From positions 22,538,014 through 22,602,013 of the forward strand of contig NC_068982.1 in NCBI RefSeq assembly GCF_001194135.2: a DNA stretch of 64,000 bases, given 5' to 3'. Below are positions 1 through 12,274 of this stretch, piece by piece. The first letter of the stretch is position 1; the number at the start of each line of letters is the position of its first letter. The translations under genes were made by a program, and so were the position numbers. The notes beneath the pieces were generated by a model that had not been told where the DNA came from, ran no database searches, and was given only the letters and a program-made list of their open reading frames with translations. This DNA is from Octopus bimaculoides (lineage: Eukaryota).

Positions 1-3000
1 ACTGCTATTTAATGCATTGTAACTTTTGAGTGCACTGGTTTACAAGATGCTAAGCAGTTTTTGGTCAAGATTATTTTCAACGCTATGTTGGTAGGTGTTA
101 GTAATCTTACCTTTTCCTTTTCTTTTTTTACACCTGTTACCTGTTTTATCAGTAATCCGATAATGTAGTCTAATTGTCCTTCTATTTGTTTTTCACTTGT
201 GTGTAGATGTTACCTTCCATATTACTAGAAATATGTAGAACCATCTCATAGCCTCGTTACATCACCTTGCACTAACCTAATAGTCTTTTTTGTATGTGTA
301 TGTATTTGCATACAAACATTTGGAATGTAGGTAGGTTAACATTGTTTTGTGTTTTATTTATTAATAATTACATAATAATTGTCACAATAAACACGTAATT
401 TTACCGTTAAAACTAAATGGCTGTGTTTGTTAACCTTGTGTTGCAAGTTCGATTTGCTAGTTAACACTTTTTTTTTTTTTGTTGGGGATTAGTTGTTGCT
501 CTCCCTATGTGCTTAAATGCCACCTTTGTAATTTATAGGTTTCATCCTTGAAATTATATCCAAATGTTAATAAAATTTAGCATGCATCATCGTTGGTTGT
601 AGTTTGTATTTAAAATATTTAAGTTTAGTGTCTCAGCTAAATTTGGTTTGTAGTTTTGTTTAATGTAGCTCAGTATTATAATATATATATATATAGAAAG
701 AAAGCATGTTCAGGTTCTGTAACTTTCAAAAGGTTTTTCTCACTTGTAGTCAGTATAGTTTTGGATGGTTGAATAGTTTTACCATTGAGTTTAATAAATG
801 GTATGGTGTGAAGCTTTAAAACAATATATGTGAAATAATGGTAAGCCAAAATTAATAAATTAATGTATTGTTGGTCATAAATCGTCTGGACCCTGAATGG
901 AATATCATTTACCAAGTAGTTGAAATTCTAGGAAAGATATTATAAATACTATCAACTTATACTGAATATAATACTGTAGTTAAACTAGTGACTGAGGCAT
1001 GACATTTCTATCTACATGGCTTTTGTATTGGTGTTTCTAACTGCAGCTCAAAGCCTTTTCCATTTCCTTTTTTTTTTTGTCTTCATCTTGGTGTTGTAAT
1101 GTATAAAATTCTCCAAAGTTACTTGACTGAGCAAATTTTCACAAAATCTCTGTTCCATCTTGAATAATCTAGCTTAGAAAATTTGAGTGTTTAAGCATAG
1201 CTGGTATTACTAAGGTTGTAAGTTTCACAATTTGTTTTTCATATTGGCAGATTAAATCTAGTTTTACTGTCTAAATTTATCTTCCAGTTTTTTTTTCTGT
1301 ATTCGAAGAAAGGCTGTTTAATCAGATGATTATATAACTGGGGGGGCTCATTAAATCTCACATTTTTTGAAAATGTGGCTTTAGAAATAACTTAGTGATA
1401 CTAGATGCAATTCAGATTTTAAAATGCTGCAATTTTTCTTAATGAACAGAATATCAATCAAGAGGGTAAACTCTCCAAAAAATTCTAGTTCAAAGGTTTG
1501 AAAGCTGGTCTGGATTGAATGCTCATTGTTTTAAATCTACTTTTATCATGCTATCATCAGTTAGATGAGACTCCTTGATGATGTATTTCTATAGTTGTAT
1601 ACTCTTACTGATGCCAACCCTTAGTTGCTTTTGAGTTAAATACTTTATGCGAAAGACACACATGAAAACATACTCATGTTCACACACACACACTTAGATG
1701 CACACAATGGTTTTCTGTTCTGTTTCTATCTAGTTTCACTTGACAAGGCACTCTGAAGTGTGTCGTAGAAGACAATTGCTCAAAGTCAGATTGAATTTGA
1801 ATCTGTGTGGCTGTGGAGTGTTCTCCTTGATCACACTGCCATGCCTATCCCTGGCTCAATTTCGAAAGGATAGATTCAATTGTTTAAATTTAAATATTTT
1901 TAATTAACACACTTTATTTACAGTTTCTAGTTTCTTCTTACATATCTGTATTCGTGGTAAATTGCTTCATGATGAGAATGTTTAGGTTTCGATGTATTTT
2001 GTGTGTATGGAGTAGCACTTTCCAAATATATTTCTCATAGCAAGGACACCTTGGACAAGGTAATTCTGGACACATAATTTGAAAACAAGATGGATTAGTC
2101 TTAACTGGAACACTTTGATCATAGATCTGTTTCATCTGGGCAGGTTTAGGGATTAGATTACACTAAATTGATGGCAGGAAATTAACTGCCTATACCTACT
2201 TGTCGATAAACCAGAGGTAATATGAACTGCAGGTACATTTATAGTTTATATGCATTTTCAATGGTTTTCTCCATATGATATATGTATATGTTGACCTGAA
2301 ACTAAATAATAGTAATAATGAATGATGCTCAACATGGTTGCTCAGCCAGCGAAGAATAGTAGCAGCCAACTCTCACTCTTTCATTTATTTGATTAGGGTA
2401 GGCTGATCTAGTTCTAAACGACATCAGCAAAGGACCTATTTGCTGACGCAGTTGTGGGATGCGCTGTTCTTGGGTGTGTGGAACGGATGTTCGCAAAATG
2501 ATTGCTTTTGATTGTCACTCTGATCTGTCAGGGCTAATGAATCTCTATTGAAGGTGTAAGCTAAAGCAGCTGTCATTATTTTTATGTTTTTAACTTTGGA
2601 ATTTGTTGATTTCAGACTATTATAATTATGATCCTACGTTTAACATGAGAATTGAGTTCTGCGATAGTGTAGGTTTAATAATATCAGATGCCTTGCTCTA
2701 AGCAGAATCTACAAAAACTACTTAAGTGTCAGAAGCTCGGTCTTCTCGATGGTACCTAAAGCTACTGCATTGTTGGAAACCCATTCAGGGTCACAAGCGT
2801 ATTGCTCCTTAACCTGAATGCTTCATCTGAGTGCGGCAATAAGAACTAAATTAGCCTTCACTTGCAGAAGTGTTCCAGCTACAGTCTTTTGCCCATCAAA
2901 GCTGGTGTCTTGAGTTGCGATGAGCCAGGAAAGACACTGGAATTATTACTACTGCTACATAAATTTAATTTTTAATTATATTATTATTATTAATAATAAT

Positions 3001-3408
3001 AATAATAATAATTGTTGTTATGGTCAGATGCAGTTCTGGGCTGCCTTGGGTGATCTGCTTCAGTTTTATTCATGTTTTCAATGTTTCACATCAAATGACT
3101 CCAGCGAATGTTGAGGCCAAGTTATAAATTCAAAATTGTACAAATCTTGAGGAATATTAATTGTTCAAGCATAACTGTAAGTTTCCTTTGCTACATGTTG
3201 GGGACAATCCATTAGTACTGGATTGGTCAGTGATGCACAAGTGGAATTTGTTAGATAGGAATTATACTGAAGTGTGTGTGTGTGTGTATATATAAACATA
3301 TCAATGACAAAATTCATGAACACTTGCTTTTAAGCAGAAATAACTTGTATTTATTGGGTTGCACGGATGCCCTCTTGTTACTCTCATCATTATAAATGTT
3401 GGGAACCA

Positions 3409-3612
3409 GCACAGCAAGCTGGCAGAATCATTAGCACATCTGACCAAATGCTTAGCAAGATTTCTGGCTCTTTACATTCCGAGTCTAAATTCTGCTGTGG
3501 TTGACTTCACCTTTTTATCGTATCAGTTAAATAAGTACCGGCGGAGCACTTTGATCAATGTAATGACTTAGTACTCTCTGTGAATTGCTGGCCTTGTTCC
3601 AGAATTAGAAAT
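3409..3612 (+). mobile_element. Decayed octopus-type tRNA-derived SINE
   Basis: aagctggcagaatcattagcac...aaattctgctgtggttgacttcacc...gaattgctggccttgttccagaattagaaa; co-linear with younger copies at 60858, 61940 and 62105. Confidence 0.7.
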
Positions 3613-5770
3613 ATCGTTATGACCATCATCATGATTATTATCAATACTAATTGTGGAATTATCGAATTGTTACAGTACGTACATGTGGGAGTTCAACTTC
3701 AGCTGAAGTCAGTTTTGCCTTTTGTCCTTCCTGGTCAATGAAATACAAGTACTGGGGCTGGTATAATTGACTAGTCACTCCCTCTCTCAAGTTCAATCCT
3801 TCGCAGCTACGTTAGAAGCAATTACTTCTGCTTTCATCACAAACCAGTACCGAATGGAGAAAGAATTTCAACTGCGTATTAAAATAAGAGAAACTGAGCT
3901 AAAATATTTATTCAAGTATCTTGGCTTTTACTTTTCTGCTGTGGATACCTGAAAGGCTTTATGGTGTGTTTTGGGTAGAATATATTGAAATTCATGGTTT
4001 ATATTGTTAGAAATCTAGATCAGACACGACATAAAGTAGTGTAGGTTAAAACGATGCACAAATTAGGTTCTGTGGATCAAATTATAATTTGTCTCTGATT
4101 CTTAATCCCCATCTCTTCTTTCCACCCTCCTATAAATTATTTCAATTTACAATAAAATTACACCTTTAGTTACTTTCGTTTTTGAAAACGCTCTTGTATG
4201 TAATGCTGTTAATGTGAGTGGATCATGTCTGTCTATTAAGATTACGTAATGCTGTGCAAAGAATTAAAAGTCCTCAAGGTAGATTTCATAGGAACAATAT
4301 TTTATTGGAAGTAACTTAAAATAGTTGTTCATACTATTAGTCTTTTTAACTTAACACTAGAAAATTAGAAATATGTCTTAAAATTCTTAAATATCTTGCT
4401 TATGTGTTTGAAGATGAGAATAAAAGGTTGTTTGTTTTTGAATGCGCTATCAATTTTATTAAGCAAATAAATAATCTTCATCTTCCATTTCGGTTTGTAT
4501 GAATTTTCAGTTTTGTTTGTTTTTAATCAACATAGTTTAATTTTTGACCATTTTTTTTCCTTTTGCGTAATACATTAACTTTGATGTAAATTTCCTTAAA
4601 ATTTAAAAATTATTTATTATTAGCATAAGTAGATATAATGATCGAAACATGTTACAAGTTATGAACTTGGATAGTTGTTCCTGTGACTTGCTTAGTTATT
4701 TGGGTGCAAACGGACTTGAGTTTTATGTATGTTATTTGCAAATTAATGAAGGTGTCATGTATATTATCAGTTAGTTTCATAACAATATCAAGTAAGACCT
4801 TACTACAAAAGTAACATTGAGGTACAACTCCGCCCATTTATCAGTAACACACTTTGAAACTAACATCAAAGGTTTTTCTCATATATATATATATATACAG
4901 CTGTCGACTATAACGAAAAGCTTCAGTAGAACTATAAACAGTAAAAAAAGAAACAATTTTCTCTATTCACATTGACGCTTTTTCTTTTGTATGTCGATAA
5001 TAAAGAAAATGGTCTCTGCATATAATTAAATTGTTTACATTTGCTGTCATGAATCCTAATCTTATTAAACTAGGTTATTACTAAAAGTAACTTCAGAAGA
5101 CCATTTTAAATTTTATAATCTCGTTCTCAATTTAAGTGATGTATTTATCATAAATTCACCTCCTTTTCAGTAAATGCGTTTCACTTAACCAACTGCTCAT
5201 ATTGGAATTATATATAGTGAATCTTTTTCAAGTTAGGTGTGATGTTACATCAAAGCCGAGCAACTATCAGTGATTAATCCTAGAATTTGTGAATTACTGC
5301 TTGGCTAGAAGTTGTAAGCTCTTGGGTGCAACTTTAGTGTCATATCATGCGTTAAAATTGTAGCATTCATATACAGAGTAATTTTTCCACATGAAAGTGT
5401 TGCATTAGTTGTTAGATCAAAGATGTTACAGCCCTTACTATTTTAAGAGCTAAAGCTTCGTTGATAAAAGGAATATAATATGAAATAGTGAAGCTAAAAA
5501 TCACTTGTACTCTCTCTTTATTCTCTTTCTCCATGTGTAAATTACATATGCATTACTTTTATAGGTTTGTCAAAACAAATTGTACCAATTAACCAATTAA
5601 ACACCTAAGTAATAAAATTGGCTAGTCTTGTAAAATTCTTATTTGCAATGAGACCCAGGCTCAAAATCATAAGTTTATGATGTTACATACTCTGCTATTT
5701 GTAATTTAGACCAATAATATATTGATGTTAATTTATAGCAGAATCAATAGCTATGTCACTTTGTTTTCTG

Positions 5771-5848
5771 GAAGGATGAAAGCCAAAGATGACCTCAGCA
5801 TGATTTGAACTCTTTATATTCTGAGGTCAACTTTGCTTTTCATTTTTC
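5771..5848. repeat. Short head-to-head fold-back of two SINE core fragments
   Basis: gaaggatgaaagccaaagatgacctcag ... ctgaggtcaactttgcttttcatttttc; imperfect 28-bp arms with a 22-nt spacer. Confidence 0.6.
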
Positions 5849-6615
5849 TGGGGTTGATAAAATAAATATTAATGACTTATAGGGATGCAGCATTTCGTTA
5901 TGCAACCATGATGTACTATAAAGTATATTAAACATTTTTATAAGCCAATACCGTGTTCTGTGTTAGCAGTGTGCTTTACACCACTTGTTAAGGCTATAAT
6001 TTCTGTAGAATATCTAGAGATAATCTTAACAATAAAAAAAGTACCCTGCAGTAGAAGGTATTGACTTGACCCATCTCTTAGAACTGTTGGCCTGGTGCCC
6101 AAATATTGAACTATTTTTATGAAAAGGCTGTAGAAAGAATATAGTATAAAATGAACCTCTTTTGTCAGTTAAAAGGTCTGAAGTACATAAGTTGTAAATG
6201 AAATAAATTGAGCGCCTAAAGCAACTTAACAAATGATTGGTTCAGAAGAAAACCGACTCAATTAGATACATAACTATTTTTTCTCATGACAGATTACAAT
6301 AAAAGAAAAAGATGATATCGTAAGTTTCTTCCTACGAAGAATTTAGAATAAAGGTTAGGTAAGAGTAAAGTCCTAAATTTTGTAACATTTTCCTTAAAAA
6401 CAATTACATTTACCATACGTTACAAACGTAATTGTTTGTCTTCGTAGAAACCTAAATACTTGATTGTCTCTGAAACAGTTGAATTAATATCTGGAATCTG
6501 ATTATATATAACGCATATTTCATTTTAACATTCAGTTGGAATGAACACATTTTTGCTGATTCCCACTTCAATAATCATTCATGATTCTGGTTCAACAGCT
6601 CGGATTAGGACTTTA

Positions 6616-6750
6616 TCATCATCTAATGTCCGTTGTCCATGCTGGTATAGGTTGGATGTTTTGACCAGAGCTGGTAAGCTGGATGGCTTACCAAACTCCA
6701 GTCTGATTTGGCATGGTTTTCTATGGTTGGATGCCCTTCCTAACGTCAAG
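6616..6750 (-). mobile_element. Decayed SINE 3' tail ((GAT)n-ended family)
   Basis: catcatctaatgtccgttgtccatgctgg...ggatgcccttcctaacg; similar to 18584-18721. Confidence 0.65.
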
Positions 6751-8210
6751 TTATACAATTGCCCCTCAAAAAATTTTTAATTCCTTTGAAATTATGGTAT
6801 TGGAAATATTTGGATGTGAAAGAAATGTTTACATGATTTCAAATGCTTTTCAACTTTGCATATGTAATAAGAAGCACTTATATCTAACTAAAAATAGTTT
6901 CCATACAAAAATTCCTCTGTAAAATGTTTTATGCATAGCTTTATTGAACTTTTAAGTTCTTTTTAAGTTGCAGTTTCTAGTTTTCAGTACTAAATAGAGC
7001 AAAAAAAAAAAAAAAATTATATACCCAAGAAAAATTAATTTACACAAGTTTTATGGTCTTGAAGAAAAACACTTCACAATTGACATTGGAAAACCTTGTA
7101 ACAAAGTTTGTAGTACCAAATTGAGCCAAAACCCGAATTTAATTTCTGTTGGTTTATATTCAAATTTTCCTCATGAAATGTTGTTTCTGCTGGTACTGAC
7201 AGTAATCTTAATTACCCACTTTATTAATTATCTGCCATATTCACCACTTATATTTTAATTTAAATAGTGTTCATGTTTTGTTTGTTTGTTTTGTGTGTGT
7301 GTGATGATGCCATTGTTAAAACTTCAAAATGTTGCTTAAAATGTTTTTGCTAATGCCTGCATGGGAACTTCACTTTAAGCTCCAATGAGGATGTAATTTT
7401 CTGAGTCGTGTTCTCTGAAAACGTCCTTCTTATCAGTGTTAAAACTAAGACAAGCGATTTCATTAAGAGGTGAAAAATACTTCATTTCAGAACATTTCTC
7501 TGCTTAGCCTAAAAATCCTTTTCTTTACTATTCCAATACTAAGAAGTATTATTAGAAGAACTATCCTCGGTCCATACCACAGTATCTCATAACAATAGTT
7601 TTTTTTTTTTCAGGACATATTTATGGATATTTATGAATAATAATGTCATCAGTTGCAGGTTTCCAATGGTTCATTGTACATTTTCTTGTTGCTGCTCTTC
7701 TCCTTTGTCAGTCTACATTTACCAAACATAAGATATACACAGATGTACACATGGGATTCTACACATGATCTCTTGATCATATTTATTCCCGAGTTATTAG
7801 GTCAGTTGCTAGCTATTGGAGAAGACACTTCCTCAGAGATGCATTACATTTGGATTGGACATAAAACCACTTGCTTCTGAAGCGAACTACATAACCACTA
7901 GCTTGTGCTTTTTATCAGACTCATTTTCTCTCTTGAAATGGCTCTTTATTCTGAGAACTACCATACAGTGGATATCTTCTGCTGTGCTAATTGAAAACAC
8001 CATTCTGATTCAACTAATTGGATTTGAACAATTGTTTTGGATACAATTTAAGCTTTGTGTTATTCGTAGTGGCTGAAATCTGCCCTAATTCACATGTAAA
8101 GTGTGTGTGTGTGTATTTATATACATATGTATTTGTATTTATAGATATGCAAATATATATATATATATATATATGCACATACACACACAAAGTTTGTTCA
8201 TAAATATGTC

Positions 8211-8358
8211 GTGACTGTGTGGTTTAGAATCTTGCTTCTAAACTATGTGGTCTCACATTCAGTCCTACTGCAGGACACCTTGGGCAAGTGTCTTCTATTG
8301 CTCCTGGTTGACCAAAACCTGAGTGGATTTGGTTAGCAAAAACTGAAAGTAGGCTTGT
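8211..8358 (+). mobile_element. CORE-type tRNA SINE 5' part
   Basis: gtgactgtgtggtttag...caccttgggcaagtgtcttct...gagtggatttggttagcaaaaactgaaag; CCTTGGGCAAGT resembles the CORE-SINE motif. Confidence 0.7.
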
Positions 8359-8537
8359 GCACACTTTTGCCGAGATGTCACATGACATTCGTAAATGGGA
8401 AACCTCTCTGACCATGGGACATCATGGTATAGCGAATGTTAGATCTACATTTATATATATATATATGTATATTTATATCCATATGTATATTTATATCCAT
8501 ATGTATATTCATTTCTGCATGTATATTAGAAAATTTT

Positions 8538-8790
8538 TACAGTTCTATATTTAAGAGATCAGAAATTAACATTTGATGGATATTTGTCCTCATCTTGTTT
8601 GTTGTTAACACAATGTTTCAGCTGATATTCCCTCCAGCCTTCATCAGGTGTCTTAGAGAAATTTCAAACCTGGGTTCTCAATTCTTAAGATATTTTTCGA
8701 TGTTGTTGTTATTATGCAGGTCACTATCTGGAATCGAACTCAGAATCTTGGGGTCAGTAGCCCATGCGCTTAACCACTACGCCATATGCC
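8538..8790 (-). mobile_element. tRNA-derived SINE with a Penelope-like, hammerhead-containing 3' part (complete copy)
   Basis: Minus strand begins GGCATATGGCGTAGTGGTTAAGCGC..., with A box TGGCGTAGTGG (8774-8784) and B box GAGTTCGATTCC (8730-8741). A short AAT/AAC linker, a hammerhead-like module and an ...ATCTCTTAAATATAGAACTGTA end follow. Confidence 0.75.
8608..8651 (-). ncRNA. Minimal type-I hammerhead ribozyme motif, probably inactivated (stem III ACGT to ACAT)
   Basis: Minus strand ACAC-CTGATGA-A-GGCTG-gagggaatat-CAGCT-GAAAC-AT-T-GTGT; intact CUGAUGA and GAAA cores. Confidence 0.55.
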
Positions 8791-8794
8791 AGCA

Positions 8795-8990
8795 GGCTGC
8801 TGACCCCAAGATTCCGAGTTCGATTCCAGGCAGTGACTTGAATAATAATAATATCGGAAAATACCTTAGGAATGAGAACCCAGGTTCAAAAGTTCCCCAA
8901 CACACCTGATGATGGCTGGAGGGTATATCAGCCAAAACGTTGTGTTGACAACAAACAAGATGAGGACAAATATCCATCATATGTAAATAA
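8795..8990 (+). mobile_element. 5'-truncated inverted copy of the same SINE (right arm of a fold-back)
   Basis: Near reverse complement of 8569-8762; retains the B box (GAGTTCGATTCC) but lacks the A box. Confidence 0.75.
8902..8945 (+). ncRNA. Minimal type-I hammerhead ribozyme motif, probably inactivated (G12 to A)
   Basis: ACAC-CTGATGA-T-GGCTG-gagggtatat-CAGCC-AAAAC-GT-T-GTGT. Stem I ACAC/GTGT, stem II GGCTG/CAGCC, palindromic ACGT stem III; GAAA is mutated to AAAA. Confidence 0.55.
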
Positions 8991-11900
8991 TGTAGGAAGT
9001 TTTTGTTTCCACCTGTAAAGTGATATATCGGAAAGTTAATTTACGTTATTTGATCTTATTTATTAAAACGGTTTATAACAATTTCATTAAACTGTAACAG
9101 TTCGATATACATATACTTGGATTAATTAATTCTGTTTTGATGTGTATCTTAATTTATAAATCATGACTGTTATCAAAATTAGTGGGTCTTGAATCTCTTA
9201 AATTGCTTAATGTTATCAACCAGTTATTAAAATAGGCTTGATCTCAAAGTTTATTACAGTAAGTGGCTTAGACTGTTTTTCACCTGGTATCTTATATAAT
9301 AGTTTTTGGGTACCTGTTTACTAGACAAATCCCGTTTTCTATGATAGCATACTATATATATATATATNNNNNNNNNNNNNNNNNNNNNNNNNNNNNNNNN
9401 NNNNNNNNNNNNNNNNNNNNNNNNNNNNNNNNNNNNNNNNNNNNNNNNNNNNNNNNNNNNNNNNNNNNNNNNNNNNNNNNNNNNNNNNNNNNNNNNNNNN
9501 NNNNNNNNNNNNNNNNNNNNNNNNNNNNNNNNNNNNNNNNNNNNNNTCATTCTCACTCTTTACCAGATTGGTTTCAGTGAGTCACTTAGTTAATCCATTT
9601 GCATCTTATCCAATCATTCCGATTCGTATTTCATGTCATTAGAAATATTATTTATTTTCATTTTTCCTGTTGTATAATGTTCATGCATTAGCACTCTCTG
9701 ACCTACTTTTTACATAGAACTTGTCATGAAGATCTTTGCAGATGCATTATCGATGGTTGTAACTAAAGCATAATGAGGCCAGGAGATATCGACAATTTTT
9801 TCCTACTATTTCATAAGAACTCTGCCCATGAGTTACAAACTTGACTAGTGAATTAATGATTTGTCACTGGAGAGTTTAATTTTAAAGAAAGGCTCAAGTT
9901 ATAAAATTCTTTTCCATGGAGTAACTTTGTCACTCAAACTGTTACTCATACTTTTGCTAAATGTTGCTTCATTTATGGCATTTGCTGCCTGCCTTATGAA
10001 CCAAAATTCTCTTTGTCTTTGAAAGCTTAGCATTTGTACTGTAGGTTTATATTTATTCCATTTTCAACTTAATATTATCTTGGCTTTGTAATTTTGTTTA
10101 GACACTCTGATAACATCATTCAAGCTTAAGAAATTTTAATTAGATTTAAGTACTTGCTAGTTTTTTTATATTTTCTTTTCTTTCATATAATACACATAAG
10201 CCAGTTTTAATTACATTATCGAATACCACTTTTTGTTTTTATTAAAAATTGCTATCATTATTAACATAACTTTAAGAGAAAGATTTGCTCAATTTTTTAA
10301 TCTTGCAAATTACTATTGATTTCTAATGTAGACACGAGGCCACAAAGTGTGAAATTATTGGTATAGTCATTGTGATCAGAATCATTATTTGACTGGTACT
10401 TGATTTTATTAAATGAAAAGCAAAGTCCTTATCAATACCAATGTGATTTGAACTCATAATGTAAAGAGATGTAACTAAATATTGCAAAGTATTTTGTCTG
10501 GCATTCAATTCTGTCAATTTGTTTTGGAAATGGTAATAATAACATTGCAAACAAGAAAGTCAAGAAGATAGAAAATACACTAAATTAAATTTCGTTATCA
10601 CGACTGTGGATGCTTAGTAGCAAAAGGGTAAAATTTGTGTCGATCCTCATTACAGCATGAGGTTGAATCCCACCAAAGCTATCATACTAAATAATTCGAC
10701 ATGAAGACATGCAAGTCCTCCAAAACTCTACCTTCTTTGGAACAGTATTTTTAGAAGGGCACTTTCTAAGTCTTTTTGTGAGAGTTTGTTACTTAACTGC
10801 ATCCATTTTGAGAAGTCACCCATTTCTACAATCCATGACCTATTTCATCGTACAAGCTTCTCTTTCGCTTGAAAGCTTGCAGCATGTCTTTTCTATCTCA
10901 TTGAAGGATAAATTTTTCACCCACACAATACAATATACTTAAAATAAATAAATAAAATTCATGTAATTTTCCAATATTAAGGAATGGTAACTATTTGGAA
11001 CTGAATTTGTAAACGAGTGTAGGTATGTAAACAAAAGAATGAGTGTATAACATCTCATAGGCACATACATACAGCAATTAAAATATAAGAAGCTTGGATG
11101 CCACTGGATTAGGATTCAAAGAAGTTGAATTGTAAAATTGTTATGAATAGTCTTGTTCAAATTCGTTATCTAAAGAGTGGAAGGTCACACGCTGATAATG
11201 TACTGGCTACTTTCGATAGATCTTCATGTAAACCTTTCACATTGCAAACATTGTGTTCTGTGTCCTTGACCCCCTCCTTGTTTTATTGGCAGGGTGGGTA
11301 GATATTGCCATCTACAAGAATGTATTCCATGTACTGGAGACTCTTTCAGCTCCTCGTCGCTGAAGGGTAATGCATTGTGTTGTCTGTTGAGACTGTGAAG
11401 CATTTGCATGACCTCACATCAATGCATTTCTCAGATTTTATCTGTACTGTAAAAACAATTTATAACCTTCACATGTATTTATCATGTTTTGCATCATCTG
11501 AACAACATTTTGAATGTCAGAAAATGATCTTCGGTTTAAAATCCTGAAATAAAGTGTAAATCTTGAACTGACAGTGGAATTATTTTGATCTTTACAGACT
11601 ATGATTTATGGATTATAATAAGATGCTGCTAGTTTTAATCAGTTTAATACACCTTAAACAAATGTATTGGCTTGGAACTGGGAAATGTTGTTATTGATGC
11701 AATTGATTGGTTCATTCATTTGGATATGACAATATTGCTAATGATGCAAACTTAGATATTTAGAGGGATTTTACAAAGCAAATTATTAATTTGCTGTGTA
11801 AACTGAGTATGTTATATGGAACCTCAAGCAGATTGATGCAAAAGGGTTAAATATCTTTTTATTAATTTGAAATGATCATATAAAAATACAGTTTTTCATT

Positions 11901-12274
11901 TATAGAATAGAAATATTTTGCTTAGATATTTTAATGCTCCAAAGAATTCAAACTATATACTTCTAACGTTAGAATTGATGATAGTTTAAGTGTTTTATCA
12001 ATATAAGAAATCTGTATTATACATACCTTTCATTTTGAAGAAGCCTGAAAGTTTTCTTTTTTCTACTTCAAATTCTATTTTCTTCCTCATATGAACATTG
12101 GATTTACATATACCACATTCCTGATAGTGTCATCATTGTTGTGTTAGCACCCACTTTTGTATGAGGTAAATTTTCTGTAGCCAGATGCCCTTTACATGCA
12201 TTTCGCACAAGATGAACAACATTGCGTAAGATGATGGTGATGTTTGTTTACAAACATCACTTGCTGCCAAAAGA

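Noticed and set aside
60-135. RRM1 exon suggested by tat gtt ggt (YVG)
   Set aside because: The frame reads RYVGRC-stop with no NL or further RRM1 similarity. At most it is a weak donor followed by a U-tract of an exon starting before the window.
8455-8510. 18-bp tandem repeat atatgtatatttatatcc
   Set aside because: It is a degenerate (AT)n microsatellite derivative with no further structure.
8720-8790. tRNA gene on the minus strand
   Set aside because: A and B boxes are present, but there is no proper acceptor stem and the sequence continues into a SINE body.
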